A DNA stretch of 64,000 nt, from NCBI GenBank assembly GCA_033344735.1, contig JAWPMW010000001.1, positions 911,869 to 975,868 on the forward strand, written 5' to 3'. The translations under genes and the position numbers were made by a program. Source of the DNA: Gammaproteobacteria bacterium. Its GTDB lineage: Bacteria > Pseudomonadota > Gammaproteobacteria > UBA4575. Shown piece by piece: positions 30,101 to 37,609 of the stretch. The notes below the pieces were generated by a model, which was given only the letters and a program-made list of their open reading frames with translations, made no database searches and was not told the DNA's origin. Each line of letters begins with the position of its first letter. Positions within the stretch are counted from its first letter, which is position 1.

Positions 30101-31614
30101 CGCGCATCTTTCATCAATATAGCAGTTGAGTGATATGTTCTAGGAATTGTTATCGAATCAACAATTCTCCAGCTATCTGTTTCTGGAGTATATATTTCTG
30201 ATTCAAAGACAGCGCCGAAGTCAGTAAAATTAAATGCGCTTGTATTTCCACCAACTACAATCACTTCACCATTTGGCAAGGTCACTGAGTTACTGTATGC
30301 ACGTGGAAAAGTCATCGGCGCACCTTGTGTAATAACAGGTGTAGGACCATTCAGGTCAACAAGATGCACATTAGTGTTAAGGACTGGTGGGGTCTCGCGT
30401 GTGTCTGAACCACCAATTAAAAGAACTTTACCTACATCATAAGTAACTACATTTCCCCACATTCTTGCGCGATTACCTGTAGGTTGTCCCAAATCTTGGT
30501 TTGCAGTGTCATCTATGGGATCAAAAGAATGCAAGGTCGGTGTCGGTCCACCATGAAATACTCTGCCATTAGGTTGAACTGCTAAAAGAGCATACCACTC
30601 CATATTTCCGCCGCCGCCTTGGATATTATTATGCTCTTGCAATAAAGTTTGCATACTAACGTTTGGCGTCCTGATCCAAGAGTTTAAATCCGGGTCATAT
30701 TTTTCAGAGCGATTGCCCGCACCTCTTGCAAACGTTGAAAATATTTGATTATTTGGCAGCGTTATATTTGTTCCATACCATCTTTCATCAAACATGTCCG
30801 GTAATGGCCCCCACGTTAAAGTATTTGGATCAAAACTACTTGTACGTGCATCTTGAGGATTTCCACCTGACGCAACTATGACGCCATTTTCTAAAGTAGA
30901 TACACCAGTACAGAACATATCGTGAAAATTATTGTCAGTCGTTTGAAAAGTATTATTTGATGGATCAAAAACAGCTGAATGTGTATAAAAATTTCCCGCA
31001 GGAAAACTATCCGGCTCACTAGCCGACCACGTCAATATACGTCCATCAGTTAATGTAGCAGCGTAAATAGCAATATGAGGCCAATCAATTACTGGTCCCC
31101 ATTGGCCCATTTCTTTCAGTGTGGAGAGATCACCATTTAGTGCACCATCGGCTGGAATCGCCTCAAATCCTCCACCAGCAACTCTATATTGGACGTCTAA
31201 AAATCCATTTGTACCTTTAGAAAAATATTCAACACGTAATTGATATACACCAGGGTTTAAAAACAATTGCCCACCTACCGTAATCGGTGCATGCAAGCCA
31301 TCATTATCAACAATAAGATTGTTATCAATTAAAAGTGCCGAACCATCATCAGAAGTAGTTTGAAATTCATAAGTTCCAGCTGTAGTGACTGATATTTGAT
31401 TTGTAAAAACTAAACCGAAGGTATCAGTTTGGGACGTCACGTTTAGAGAAATAGTATCGTTGGTACCTGTTGCTATAGGACTTAAAGCAGTAAAATCTGG
31501 CAATTCATCATAATCTCCATCGTACACACTGTAGTCGAACTGTGAATATGCTGTTGAGCAAAATACGATTAACAACAGTGTAAAAGCTGAAGTTAGTCTA
31601 ACTAATTGTGACAT
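24154..31614 (-). CDS. Giant secreted multidomain protein (2486 aa): PA14, galactose-oxidase-like copper radical oxidase, TSP3 Ca-binding repeats, Ig-like domain, CBM-like module, YVTN beta-propeller, di-haem cytochrome c peroxidase domain, TSP3 repeats, CBM-like module, 5 tandem Ig-like repeats, C-terminal CBM-like module
   Basis: Signal peptide. Copper radical oxidase active-site residues conserved (HDMFC235TG, ERWY280, RTY494H495S, TTHH580). DxDGDGxxDxxDAFPNDP thrombospondin-type-3 repeats in three blocks (about 29515-29690, 28500-28790 and 26470-26650). YVTN propeller (LVYVTNKKDATISV). Di-haem CCP domain with CASCH (27296-27310) and CTSCH (26907-26921). Tandem 95-96-aa Ig-like repeats (APYSFTWNGATEGAHSLTA). 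Confidence 0.85.
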   Translation of the reverse strand: MSQLVRLTSAFTLLLIVFCSTAYSQFDYSVYDGDYDELPDFTALSPIATGTNDTISLNVTSQTDTFGLVFTNQISVTTAGTYEFQTTSDDGSALLIDNNLIVDNDGLHAPITVGGQLFLNPGVYQLRVEYFSKGTNGFLDVQYRVAGGGFEAIPADGALNGDLSTLKEMGQWGPVIDWPHIAIYAATLTDGRILTWSASEPDSFPAGNFYTHSAVFDPSNNTFQTTDNNFHDMFCTGVSTLENGVIVASGGNPQDARTSSFDPNTLTWGPLPDMFDERWYGTNITLPNNQIFSTFARGAGNRSEKYDPDLNSWIRTPNVSMQTLLQEHNNIQGGGGNMEWYALLAVQPNGRVFHGGPTPTLHSFDPIDDTANQDLGQPTGNRARMWGNVVTYDVGKVLLIGGSDTRETPPVLNTNVHLVDLNGPTPVITQGAPMTFPRAYSNSVTLPNGEVIVVGGNTSAFNFTDFGAVFESEIYTPETDSWRIVDSITIPRTYHSTAILMKDARVFSAGGGACGNCDANHLDAQIYSPPYLYNNDGSLATRPVITNAPSQAGAGDEITVSASADTQSFSMVRLSATTHHLNTDQRVVPVSSIDNGDGTFTLTMFSNPNVLIAGNYWLFAMNGDDTPSIGRTIQILRDPQSPGDSDGDGVPDSEDAFPNDPTETTDSDGDGVGDNSDAFPNDPTETKDTDGDGIGDNSDPTPYILPTVSITAPAANAIFTEDDAITITADAADSDGNITSVDFYDGAVLLGTDTTAPYSFIWNGATEGAHILTADATDNDGAIATSVPVSIVVEEGSGNNGGGNTELALLANAAVLSGAFELSPDNQFIQVPQSVVPAYDFSESAGSAEFTFNVTTPGIYQIEATVQATDDTSDSFYVRVDGAPGTPYLWDTEIQNTFTPLLIINRGETDPVAVDLSAGNHVVTLYHRESGTQLSELKLILVQANGPVDSDGDGVIDTEDAFPNDPTETVDTDGDGVGDNADAFPNDPAESADTDGDGVGDNADAFPNDPTETADSDGDGYGDNIDSTPTGGSNLANLPTAPRNSTTLIVETSTGADRIWNVNPDNNSVSVTSEAGNLIQEIPVGLNPWSLAKAPNANLVYVTNKKDATISVINTQTLVVEQTISLPFGTQPHGIVFDSLGSNYYLVLEATAHVEARNAVTHAVIASTQLTGTPRHIAMTYDDSRLLVTNFITPPIPGESTLVVDTQNGAAEVFVIDPPSMSLTNTIALSYDNRFISESQGPGMPNYLNAPVISFDNQNGFIPSKKDNVDSGLLRGKPGMTFDTTVRANTSRIDLTTETEDSVNISIDFDNASVATGAAITGNSRYLLVALETSRELGVFDIVNNFEVMRLPTGRAPQGVALSTDSSIAYVHNFMDRSISRFDLTEMIETDLPALNLLSPVNVVGGEQLTSDVFLGKQLFYDAADDRLALDNYMSCASCHNEGDSDGRVWDISAFGEGLRNTISLQGHGAGHGRLHWSSNFDEVQDFEGQIRDLSAGTGLMSEADFTATSDTLGIPKAGLSADLDALAAYVNSLTEIPANPYAVAAVDMTAEAIAGEIVFNNSGCTSCHTGILLTDSEQALLHDIGTIDTASGQRLGSTLDGFDTPTLLGIFKTAPYLHDGSAQTVAEAISAHNTVTLSSTELDQLSAYLEQASFIDSDGDGVLDTEDAFPNDPTETQDTDGDGVGDNSDVFPNDPTETQDTDGDGIGDNADETPFGDTGLEVLEQAAQDAVIFGAFALSPDNQFIEVPQNIEPAYDFGISAGYAEFTFNVVTAGTYQIEATVLANDDTSDSFYIRVDGVPNTPYLWDTEIQNTFTPLLIINRGETDPVTVNLSAGEHVVTFYHRESGTQLSNVKLILDQPSQNVAPTVGLTAPIANATYTVGDAISLTADATDPGGSIISVEFYDGATLLSTDVNAPYSFIWNGASLGAHSLTAVATDNEGAATTSAIVNISVNQPIPNIEPTVNLTAPSDNASFVFGNAITLIADASDSDGTVTSVEFYDGAILLSTDTTAPYSFTWNGAAEGAHIVTAVATDDDGDVSVSGDVNITVTPPPNVDPTVAITAPAANATFTVGDAINITASASDSDGSITSVDFYDGAILLSTDTTAPYSFTWNGATEGAHSLTAIATDNEAATTTSAAININVNTPAANVDPTVAITAPAANATFTLGDAINITASASDSDGTVTSVDFYDGATLLSTDTTAPYSFTWNGATEGAHSLTAVATDNEAATTTSVAIDITVTVPANVDPTVVITAPAANATFTVGDTINITASASDSDGSVTSVDFYAGTTLLSSDITAPYSFTWNGATEGAYSLTAVVTDNEAATTTSAAVSITVEADTGGGPEVLDLPASSASLSGAFVLAANGQYIHVPESFGDYYSFTPSTGSAQFTFNVTTAGLYQIEADIFANSFGSDSFFVQVDGGPSTPYLWDTGQHYSSFVPTLVTNRGESGAVTLNLTPGQHVVTFFLREDNTQISGVRLNLIQAF
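24600..26050 (-). repeat. Five tandem in-frame 285-288-bp repeats encoding Ig-like domains inside the giant gene
   Basis: Near-identical DNA units start at 24670, 24955 and 25243 (caagct[ag]t[ga][ca]gcaccttcagtcgcaccattccaagt), with further copies upstream. A separate pair of about 400-bp CBM-encoding duplications lies at roughly 26055-26460 and 28800-29200. Confidence 0.7.
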
Positions 31615-31885
31615 AGTAAGTTTCTCAAAATTATTAGTATTTAAGCGGTAAATAAATTTTATTACCCTGATCTTATATAATGAGTACTACTAATTCATTA
31701 CTACTATTACGTATTTGTGATCATCTTCTCCCTTTTATCTGGAGTAATGTCTTTTTTGTCTAATCCGACAGTTTTACTTGTATAAATTAGGATAAAGCAG
31801 AAAAGATAAATATTTTTGAGAGAATATTATGAGAAAAGATAAATTCTTTCTCTCACAATAAGTTAAGGTCTGAATTGTTCCGCAG

Positions 31886-33118
31886 TTATTTAACTGACAA
31901 CATATTTAAAAAAGCGACTAAATGATCAAGCTGCTCTGATTGTAAATTCAGTGGCTTTAATTCATGAGCGCCATTATCAGTAGGTGGATGATTATAAAAT
32001 TCCACAACCTCCTTTAATGTGTTAAATCGACCATCATGAAAATAAGGTCCAGTTAACTCAACGTTGCGCAGTGATGGAGTTTTGTAGGCTCCATGAAGTG
32101 GAATATGATTAGTGCGATTTAGAAATCTCAGCGCCGTGCAACTATCAGGTTTAGCATCACTATAAGCACCCAAGCAATTAAATTCATCCATCAACACTGC
32201 TTGAAGTCCAAAGACGCGACCAAAATCAAGCTTGCCTCCTTCAAATCTTCCACTACCAACATTATGAAATCCACCATTAGTCAATAACGCTCCATTATGG
32301 CACTGCATACATTGTGTTTTCTCAGGATCAATAAACAATTTAATCCCTTCTATCTCATCTTTAGTGGGTTCAATGACTTGATTATTTTTATCGAATAACT
32401 GATCAACATAGTTATCAAATCGACTAGGCTTAGGTGCTAACGTTCTTTCATAGGCTTCAATCACCTTACCTAGATTAGAGTACACTCTATTTATCTTTTT
32501 CTGCGTTAAAATAGGTAAACGATACCAGTTATCCTGTGTTTTCATATCACCAAATGGTCCAGCGTGTTTAGGCAAATCACTACTTAGAAAATTTTTCGGA
32601 AATTCACCAAAAATTGACTCGTACATGTCGCGATAGTTCTCATCTTGAGTGACAATACGTACCACAGCAAGGCGACTGCTGCCCATCTCGTCCTTTGCCT
32701 CAAATGGTATAAGCGCTTGTGCCCAAAGTGAATCTCGACGACCATCCCAATAAAACCATCGCAACCATCCACTACCAACAATCGTGGGAGTATTTCTTCC
32801 TGCAGTGTTTTTACTGTTTATATGAGGCAGACCATCTGTGAAATATTTATCTGGTTGATGACAAGTAGCACAAGATGTATCACCATTGCCACTTAAACGT
32901 TCATCAAAAAAAAGTTTCTCTCCAAATGATTTGGCTTGAGGAAGATCAGCAAAACGATTAGATGCGCTATCAGGCAAAGAAGGCAACGCAGAAAGTGATA
33001 GCGACTGCAATATAGATAACTCATATTTAGTCCACTGCCTGTCGCCTGCAAAACAGAATACTGGCAGGCAAAAAGTTATAAGCAAAGTTAACGCGTTAAA
33101 ACGAGAGTTCAATATCAA
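31886..33118 (-). CDS. Di-haem cytochrome c peroxidase family protein (CcpA/MauG-like)
   Basis: Signal peptide. CATCH and CMQCH haem motifs. GPYFHDGRFNTLKEVVEFYN C-terminal block. Overlaps the upstream small gene by 23 nt. Confidence 0.85.
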   Translation of the reverse strand: MILNSRFNALTLLITFCLPVFCFAGDRQWTKYELSILQSLSLSALPSLPDSASNRFADLPQAKSFGEKLFFDERLSGNGDTSCATCHQPDKYFTDGLPHINSKNTAGRNTPTIVGSGWLRWFYWDGRRDSLWAQALIPFEAKDEMGSSRLAVVRIVTQDENYRDMYESIFGEFPKNFLSSDLPKHAGPFGDMKTQDNWYRLPILTQKKINRVYSNLGKVIEAYERTLAPKPSRFDNYVDQLFDKNNQVIEPTKDEIEGIKLFIDPEKTQCMQCHNGALLTNGGFHNVGSGRFEGGKLDFGRVFGLQAVLMDEFNCLGAYSDAKPDSCTALRFLNRTNHIPLHGAYKTPSLRNVELTGPYFHDGRFNTLKEVVEFYNHPPTDNGAHELKPLNLQSEQLDHLVAFLNMLSVK

Positions 33119-33515
33119 AACGTGCTCGATCTTTATAAGATGAATTTTGGATATAAAAATTCAATGTCCATTCTCCAGACATATTAAACAACATACCTTC
33201 AATCAAATAGCTTCCATCACCGAAATATTCAGTGACAATTGGTTGCGAAGGCAACCCATGTCCATGTCCCAACATTCCGCCTTCCACAGTAATATTTACA
33301 TCATCAATCGCATAACCAGAAAGATCTTTAACAACTATTATCCAATTATGGTACTGACCAATCTGATATTGCTCAGCTTGCGGTTGAATTAACACTTTTA
33401 GAGATCCGCTTTGAGAAAAAACTTCCCAGGAAGCTTTATCTGCATGCAGTACAAAACTGATGAGAATAATTAAAACTCCAAAAATACTAGAATTAAAAGC
33501 ACGAAATTTATTCAT
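33096..33515 (-). CDS. Small periplasmic beta-sandwich-like protein (139 aa) with HGHG motif, partner of the di-haem peroxidase
   Basis: Signal peptide. Mature region of about 110 aa containing MLGHGHGLPSQP (possible metal site). Translationally coupled to the downstream CCP gene. Confidence 0.45.
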   Translation of the reverse strand: MNKFRAFNSSIFGVLIILISFVLHADKASWEVFSQSGSLKVLIQPQAEQYQIGQYHNWIIVVKDLSGYAIDDVNITVEGGMLGHGHGLPSQPIVTEYFGDGSYLIEGMLFNMSGEWTLNFYIQNSSYKDRARFDIELSF

Positions 33516-33562
33516 AAACTAAAGCATATAGGTTGCACCACAACTCGACATCATTGGCATTT

Positions 33563-33583
33563 TCTATTCGTGATCATTATCAC
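33563..33583. promoter_or_regulatory. Fur-box-like sequence upstream of the small-protein/CCP/giant-protein gene string
   Basis: tctattcgTGATCATTATCac. TGATCATTATC matches the Fur-box half TAATCATTATC at 10 of 11 positions. 13 of 19 positions match the full 19-mer. Confidence 0.3.
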
Positions 33584-33737
33584 TATTTTATATGAATCAA
33601 TATATTATTTGTCTAAAATCACTCACCACTCAGAGGGATTAATCGAGGAAAGTCATAGCATTCTCACAAAGACTAGACCTGTACTTAAAAACACACAATA
33701 ATCGCCTATTATTATATTTATTTAGAGGGATTTCTTC

Positions 33738-34049
33738 ATGTCTAAATTCGACAATGTTTCCATTGTTAAAGAAGCAAATGTTTACTTTGACGGGCAAGTC
33801 ACTAGCCGTTCAGTGATTTTTCAAGATGGCTCTCTCAAAACTCTCGGTATAATGTTACCTGGCGAGTATGAGTTCAGTACCGATGACAAAGAGCTAATGG
33901 AAATCACCATAGGCTCTCTAAAAGTACTCCTGCCGGGCAGTGATTGGAAAAATATCAACGCTGGAGATAGCTTTGAAGTTCCAGCAAATTCAAAGTTCCA
34001 ATTAAAAGTCTCAAAAACGACAGATTATTGCTGTAGCTTTATTAAATAA
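33738..34049 (+). CDS. ppnP: Pyrimidine/purine nucleoside phosphorylase PpnP (YaiE, UPF0345)
   Basis: About 100 aa. [13 protein letters not shown]...[15 protein letters not shown] matches the cupin-like YaiE family. Confidence 0.75.
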   Translation: MSKFDNVSIVKEANVYFDGQVTSRSVIFQDGSLKTLGIMLPGEYEFSTDDKELMEITIGSLKVLLPGSDWKNINAGDSFEVPANSKFQLKVSKTTDYCCSFIK

Positions 34050-34201
34050 TGGATTGGGTCAGCGCACTTCTAATTGGTTTATTAGCCTCCACCTTATTGG
34101 CTTACTTTTTTGGTATATTTCACTACCCCTATGGTGTTCTCATTCTACTCGCGTTATTAGTATCTAGAATTTTATTAATTAAAAGCAAAGGAAAGTAACA
34201 A
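34049..34201 (+). CDS. Small hydrophobic membrane peptide (50 aa)
   Basis: The ATG overlaps the ppnP stop (taATGg). It encodes [49 protein letters not shown] and ends 1 nt before the TraR-like start. It is below the ORF-track length cutoff. Confidence 0.3.
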
Positions 34202-34467
34202 TGGCAGGAGGATGGTCACGAGATGGCGCAATTCAAGATCAAATTGATGCAAGCATTGAAGACGCAGTTAAGCAAGCGCGCAGTCAATTACCAAAAGGCT
34301 CAGGACTAGACTATTGCGAAGAATGTGAAACTGAGATTCCACAAGCACGTCGAGATGCTATGCCTGGAGTTCGCCTATGCATAAAATGTCAGGAGCAACT
34401 TGATGCGACTCAAAAAAATTTTGTCGGATTTAATCGACGTGGCAGCAAAGATAGCCAACTAAGATAA
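34201..34467 (+). CDS. DksA/TraR-family C4-type zinc-finger protein (short, YbiI-like)
   Basis: CEECETEIPQARRDAMPGVRLCIKCQ: a CxxC-n17-CxxC zinc finger typical of the TraR/DksA family. Confidence 0.75.
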   Translation: MAGGWSRDGAIQDQIDASIEDAVKQARSQLPKGSGLDYCEECETEIPQARRDAMPGVRLCIKCQEQLDATQKNFVGFNRRGSKDSQLR

Positions 34468-34531
34468 TTATAAATATGAATCAAATAGCCTTTTGGGAGT
34501 TTTTCATTTGTACAACTCTTATATAAAAACT

Positions 34532-35134
34532 TCAATCATATTCAGTTCTTGTTTCAAAAGCTTGAGATAATGTATTGAGGTCTAAGTATTCTAGCTCACC
34601 TCCTATAGGCACACCTTGCGCTAATCTAGTGGTTTTTAAGCCATTTTTCTTCACCATTTCTGCAATGACGTGTGCAGTCACCTCACCCTCCATGGTTGAA
34701 CTAGTAGCTAAGATGATTTCTTCAAGGTTACCCGACTTCAGGCGATCTTCTAATATATCCAAACCTAATTTTTCAGGGCCAATTCCATCTAAAGGTGATA
34801 ATTTCCCCATTAATACAAAATAAACACCGTTGTAGATTGTACCATTTTCGATTGCCATTAAGTCTGTAGGAGTCTCCACAATACACATTTGAGAAGATTT
34901 GCGATTTGGACTATTGCAGATTTCACATACTTTTTCTTCTGTGTAGTTTCGGCATTGGCTACAATGCTTAATACTCTCCACTGCCTTACAAATAACCTGA
35001 CCAAGCTTGATCGATTTATCTTGCTCAATTTTTAATAGGTGTAGCGCCATGCGTTGCGCTGACTTTTGACCAACACCTGGTAACAATTTCAGAGAATCTA
35101 TTAGCTCTGTGAGCAATGGGGAATGTTCCGCCAT
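34532..35134 (-). CDS. recR: Recombination protein RecR
   Basis: C4 zinc finger (CSQCRNYTEEKVCEIC) and Toprim domain. 200 aa. Confidence 0.95.
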   Translation of the reverse strand: MAEHSPLLTELIDSLKLLPGVGQKSAQRMALHLLKIEQDKSIKLGQVICKAVESIKHCSQCRNYTEEKVCEICNSPNRKSSQMCIVETPTDLMAIENGTIYNGVYFVLMGKLSPLDGIGPEKLGLDILEDRLKSGNLEEIILATSSTMEGEVTAHVIAEMVKKNGLKTTRLAQGVPIGGELEYLDLNTLSQAFETRTEYD

Positions 35135-35146
35135 TCGCAGTCCTTT

Positions 35147-35470
35147 TTAGAAAGGTAGCTTCATGCCTGGTGGCAACGACATGCCAGAAGTGAGACCTGC
35201 ATATTTTTCTTTGGTAGTTTCCTCTAGCTTATGAACTGCATCATTCATTGCTGCAGCAATTAAGTCTTCTAACATATCTTTATCATCACCAATTAAACTA
35301 TCGTCAATCGCAATACGTTTGACTTCGTGACTACCCATCATGGTGATCTTAACCATACCGCCACCTGATTGACCCTCCACTTCAATGAGCTTGATTTCTT
35401 CCTGCGCTTTTTGCATGTCTTCTTGCATTTTTTGCGCCTGCTTCATCAAATTACCTAACCCACCTTTCAT
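35147..35470 (-). CDS. ybaB: Nucleoid-associated protein YbaB/EbfC
   Basis: 107 aa with [17 protein letters not shown]. Conserved dnaX-ybaB-recR arrangement. Confidence 0.9.
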   Translation of the reverse strand: MKGGLGNLMKQAQKMQEDMQKAQEEIKLIEVEGQSGGGMVKITMMGSHEVKRIAIDDSLIGDDKDMLEDLIAAAMNDAVHKLEETTKEKYAGLTSGMSLPPGMKLPF

Positions 35471-37161
35471 TATTTACCCTCTTGTTTTGGTTGTAGTGAT
35501 CCTGGCACTATTTCAGCCTGCATATCTCTCTTTAATGCCTTAATAAATTCATCTTGCTCTAAACCAACTTCCGCTTTACTTAAGCGCTCTGCTTCACGGT
35601 CCCTAGTATGCTGTGCTGGACTGTCAATGCTATCCGCTATCACTTCAATTAACACTTTCGTATTTTCACCAAATGTCTCTTTTAGTTTTTGCGTTAACTT
35701 CGACACTGTGGCTCCGGCCATTAAGCTTTCATGCTCACTTGCTAATAATAACTTCATGTCATTGCCTTGATAACTTTGTAGTGCGCAATGAGTGGCAAGG
35801 GCTCTTACCACACCAGCAAATTCGGCTTTTTCAATAATCTCCAACCAATCAGCTGGATCAGCTGTTACAGGACGCACTGCAGGCTGCGCAACTTTGACTG
35901 AGCCTTGTTCAGACGCAGATTGTATATCAATTGATTTCGGTGTTTCGACTTGTTGTCTAGATGATGGCGGTGCTGCTTTAGACGACGGATTATTTTCTGG
36001 AATAGCTCCAACCATCGCTGTAGCTTTACCTGACGGCACTGTAGATATTCTCTTAGCATGTGGTACTTTACTTTCACCGCCCGGCCTAAACATAATCATA
36101 CGCAAGACTGCCATTTCAAAACCAGCACGCGGGGAATGTGCTAAATATAGATCTTTACGGCTATTCAATACAATTTGATAAAACAATTGAATATCTTCAG
36201 CCGTAAGTTTTCCGCTGACCATTTTTATAGTATCACCAAACAAGGCAATCTGTTCTTTATGTTCTGGGACAGCTTGCGAAATTGCAGATGCATGAAAAAT
36301 CATGATCATCTGATCAAGTAATTTAGTAAAATCCACATTCAAGGTCGTTAATGAATGAATTAACTCAATTGATTTAGCTGGATCAAAATCACAAATAGCA
36401 TCAATTAATGCATTAACCTGTTCACTCGGTACTGTGCCAAGCATTTGACTCACAGTTTGCTCAGAAACATCTGCACCTGAATAAGCGATTGCTTGATCAA
36501 GCAAACTCAAAGCATCACGCATACTGCCATCTGCTGATTCGGCCAATTGAATAAGTGCCGGTGTTTCATATTTAATCTCTTCTAACGCTAATACCTTAGC
36601 TAACTGTTCAGCAATTTTTTCGGTGGAGATATGGCGCAATGTAAATTGCAAACAACGAGACAATACCGTCACTGGAAGCTTTTGTGGATCTGTCGTCGCC
36701 AATAAAAACTTCACATGTTCAGGCGGCTCCTCTAAAGTCTTTAGCAATGCATTGAAACTATGCCCTGATAACATGTGCACTTCATCAATCAGGTATATTT
36801 TAAATCGACCTCTGGTAGGAGCGTATTGAACATTCTCCAATAATTCACGCGTATCTTCTACGCGCGTTCTGGATGCTGCATCAACTTCTATTAAATCAAC
36901 GAAACGCCCTTCAGTAATCGACTGACAAGCATCACAGTTTCCACATGGTTCGCTAGTAATTCCTTGCTCACAAGTAAGTGCTTTAGCCAGCACTCTTGCT
37001 ACGGTAGTTTTACCCACCCCACGAGTACCGGAAAATAAATAAGCATGGTGAAGTCGATTCGCCTTAAGCGCATTCACCAGTGCCGTGACCACATGGTCTT
37101 GGCCAACAATATCGGCAAACGTCTGCGGACGCCATTTTCGCGCTAGTACTTGATGAGACAT
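35470..37161 (-). CDS. dnaX: DNA polymerase III subunit tau/gamma
   Basis: AAA+ motifs GTRGVGKTT and LIDEVHML, zinc module CGNCDAC. 563 aa. Confidence 0.95.
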   Translation of the reverse strand: MSHQVLARKWRPQTFADIVGQDHVVTALVNALKANRLHHAYLFSGTRGVGKTTVARVLAKALTCEQGITSEPCGNCDACQSITEGRFVDLIEVDAASRTRVEDTRELLENVQYAPTRGRFKIYLIDEVHMLSGHSFNALLKTLEEPPEHVKFLLATTDPQKLPVTVLSRCLQFTLRHISTEKIAEQLAKVLALEEIKYETPALIQLAESADGSMRDALSLLDQAIAYSGADVSEQTVSQMLGTVPSEQVNALIDAICDFDPAKSIELIHSLTTLNVDFTKLLDQMIMIFHASAISQAVPEHKEQIALFGDTIKMVSGKLTAEDIQLFYQIVLNSRKDLYLAHSPRAGFEMAVLRMIMFRPGGESKVPHAKRISTVPSGKATAMVGAIPENNPSSKAAPPSSRQQVETPKSIDIQSASEQGSVKVAQPAVRPVTADPADWLEIIEKAEFAGVVRALATHCALQSYQGNDMKLLLASEHESLMAGATVSKLTQKLKETFGENTKVLIEVIADSIDSPAQHTRDREAERLSKAEVGLEQDEFIKALKRDMQAEIVPGSLQPKQEGK

Positions 37162-37177
37162 TGATTAAATTTTGTTT

Positions 37178-37295
37178 TGGCGGCAACCTGTGCCAGTAGG
37201 AACTCAGCACCCGAATCAACTGTTACCGTTGCTCCCTTCCGGGCCTGGCGGGGTTCACAATTTATCGCTGCAAAGGAACCGACACAGATCACCAG
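37178..37295 (-). ncRNA. ffs: Signal recognition particle 4.5S RNA (ffs)
   Basis: The minus strand contains CCGCCAGGCCCGGAAGGGAGCAACGG, matching the conserved SRP RNA domain IV (E. coli GGUCCGGAAGGAAGCAGCC). A terminal helix forms between CCUGUGCCAG (37187-37196) and CCGACACAG (37279-37287). It lies immediately upstream of dnaX, as in many gammaproteobacteria. Exact ends are uncertain. Confidence 0.6.
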
Positions 37296-37609
37296 TACAC
37301 TTTACGTCATAGTAACATTTCAGCATCAAAAAGCCGTGTTTTAGCAAGCCCTATAAATTTGCTGAGACGTTTATATTATTAAGGTGTGGGCAACATACTT
37401 GGATTAAAAGTGAAGTCAAGATACAAATACTTTGTCATAATTATATCTTTACAAATCAATACTATATAAACAATTATTAAATTTTAATTTTCAAATACGA
37501 GATAAGTTAAAATTTTATGACAAGCAGAATTGTATGCAATTTGCTCAATAAAACGTGAATTACATGTATCTGAGAATGTAATGTACTCACAAATTTCTTG
37601 GTGATCTCA

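Noticed and set aside
35470-37161. Programmed -1 frameshift site in dnaX (A AAA AAG)
   Set aside because: No A-AAA-AAG slippery heptamer found at the expected two-thirds position. The only A-run (rc of 36613-36621) is near the N-terminal region and is AAAAAAT.
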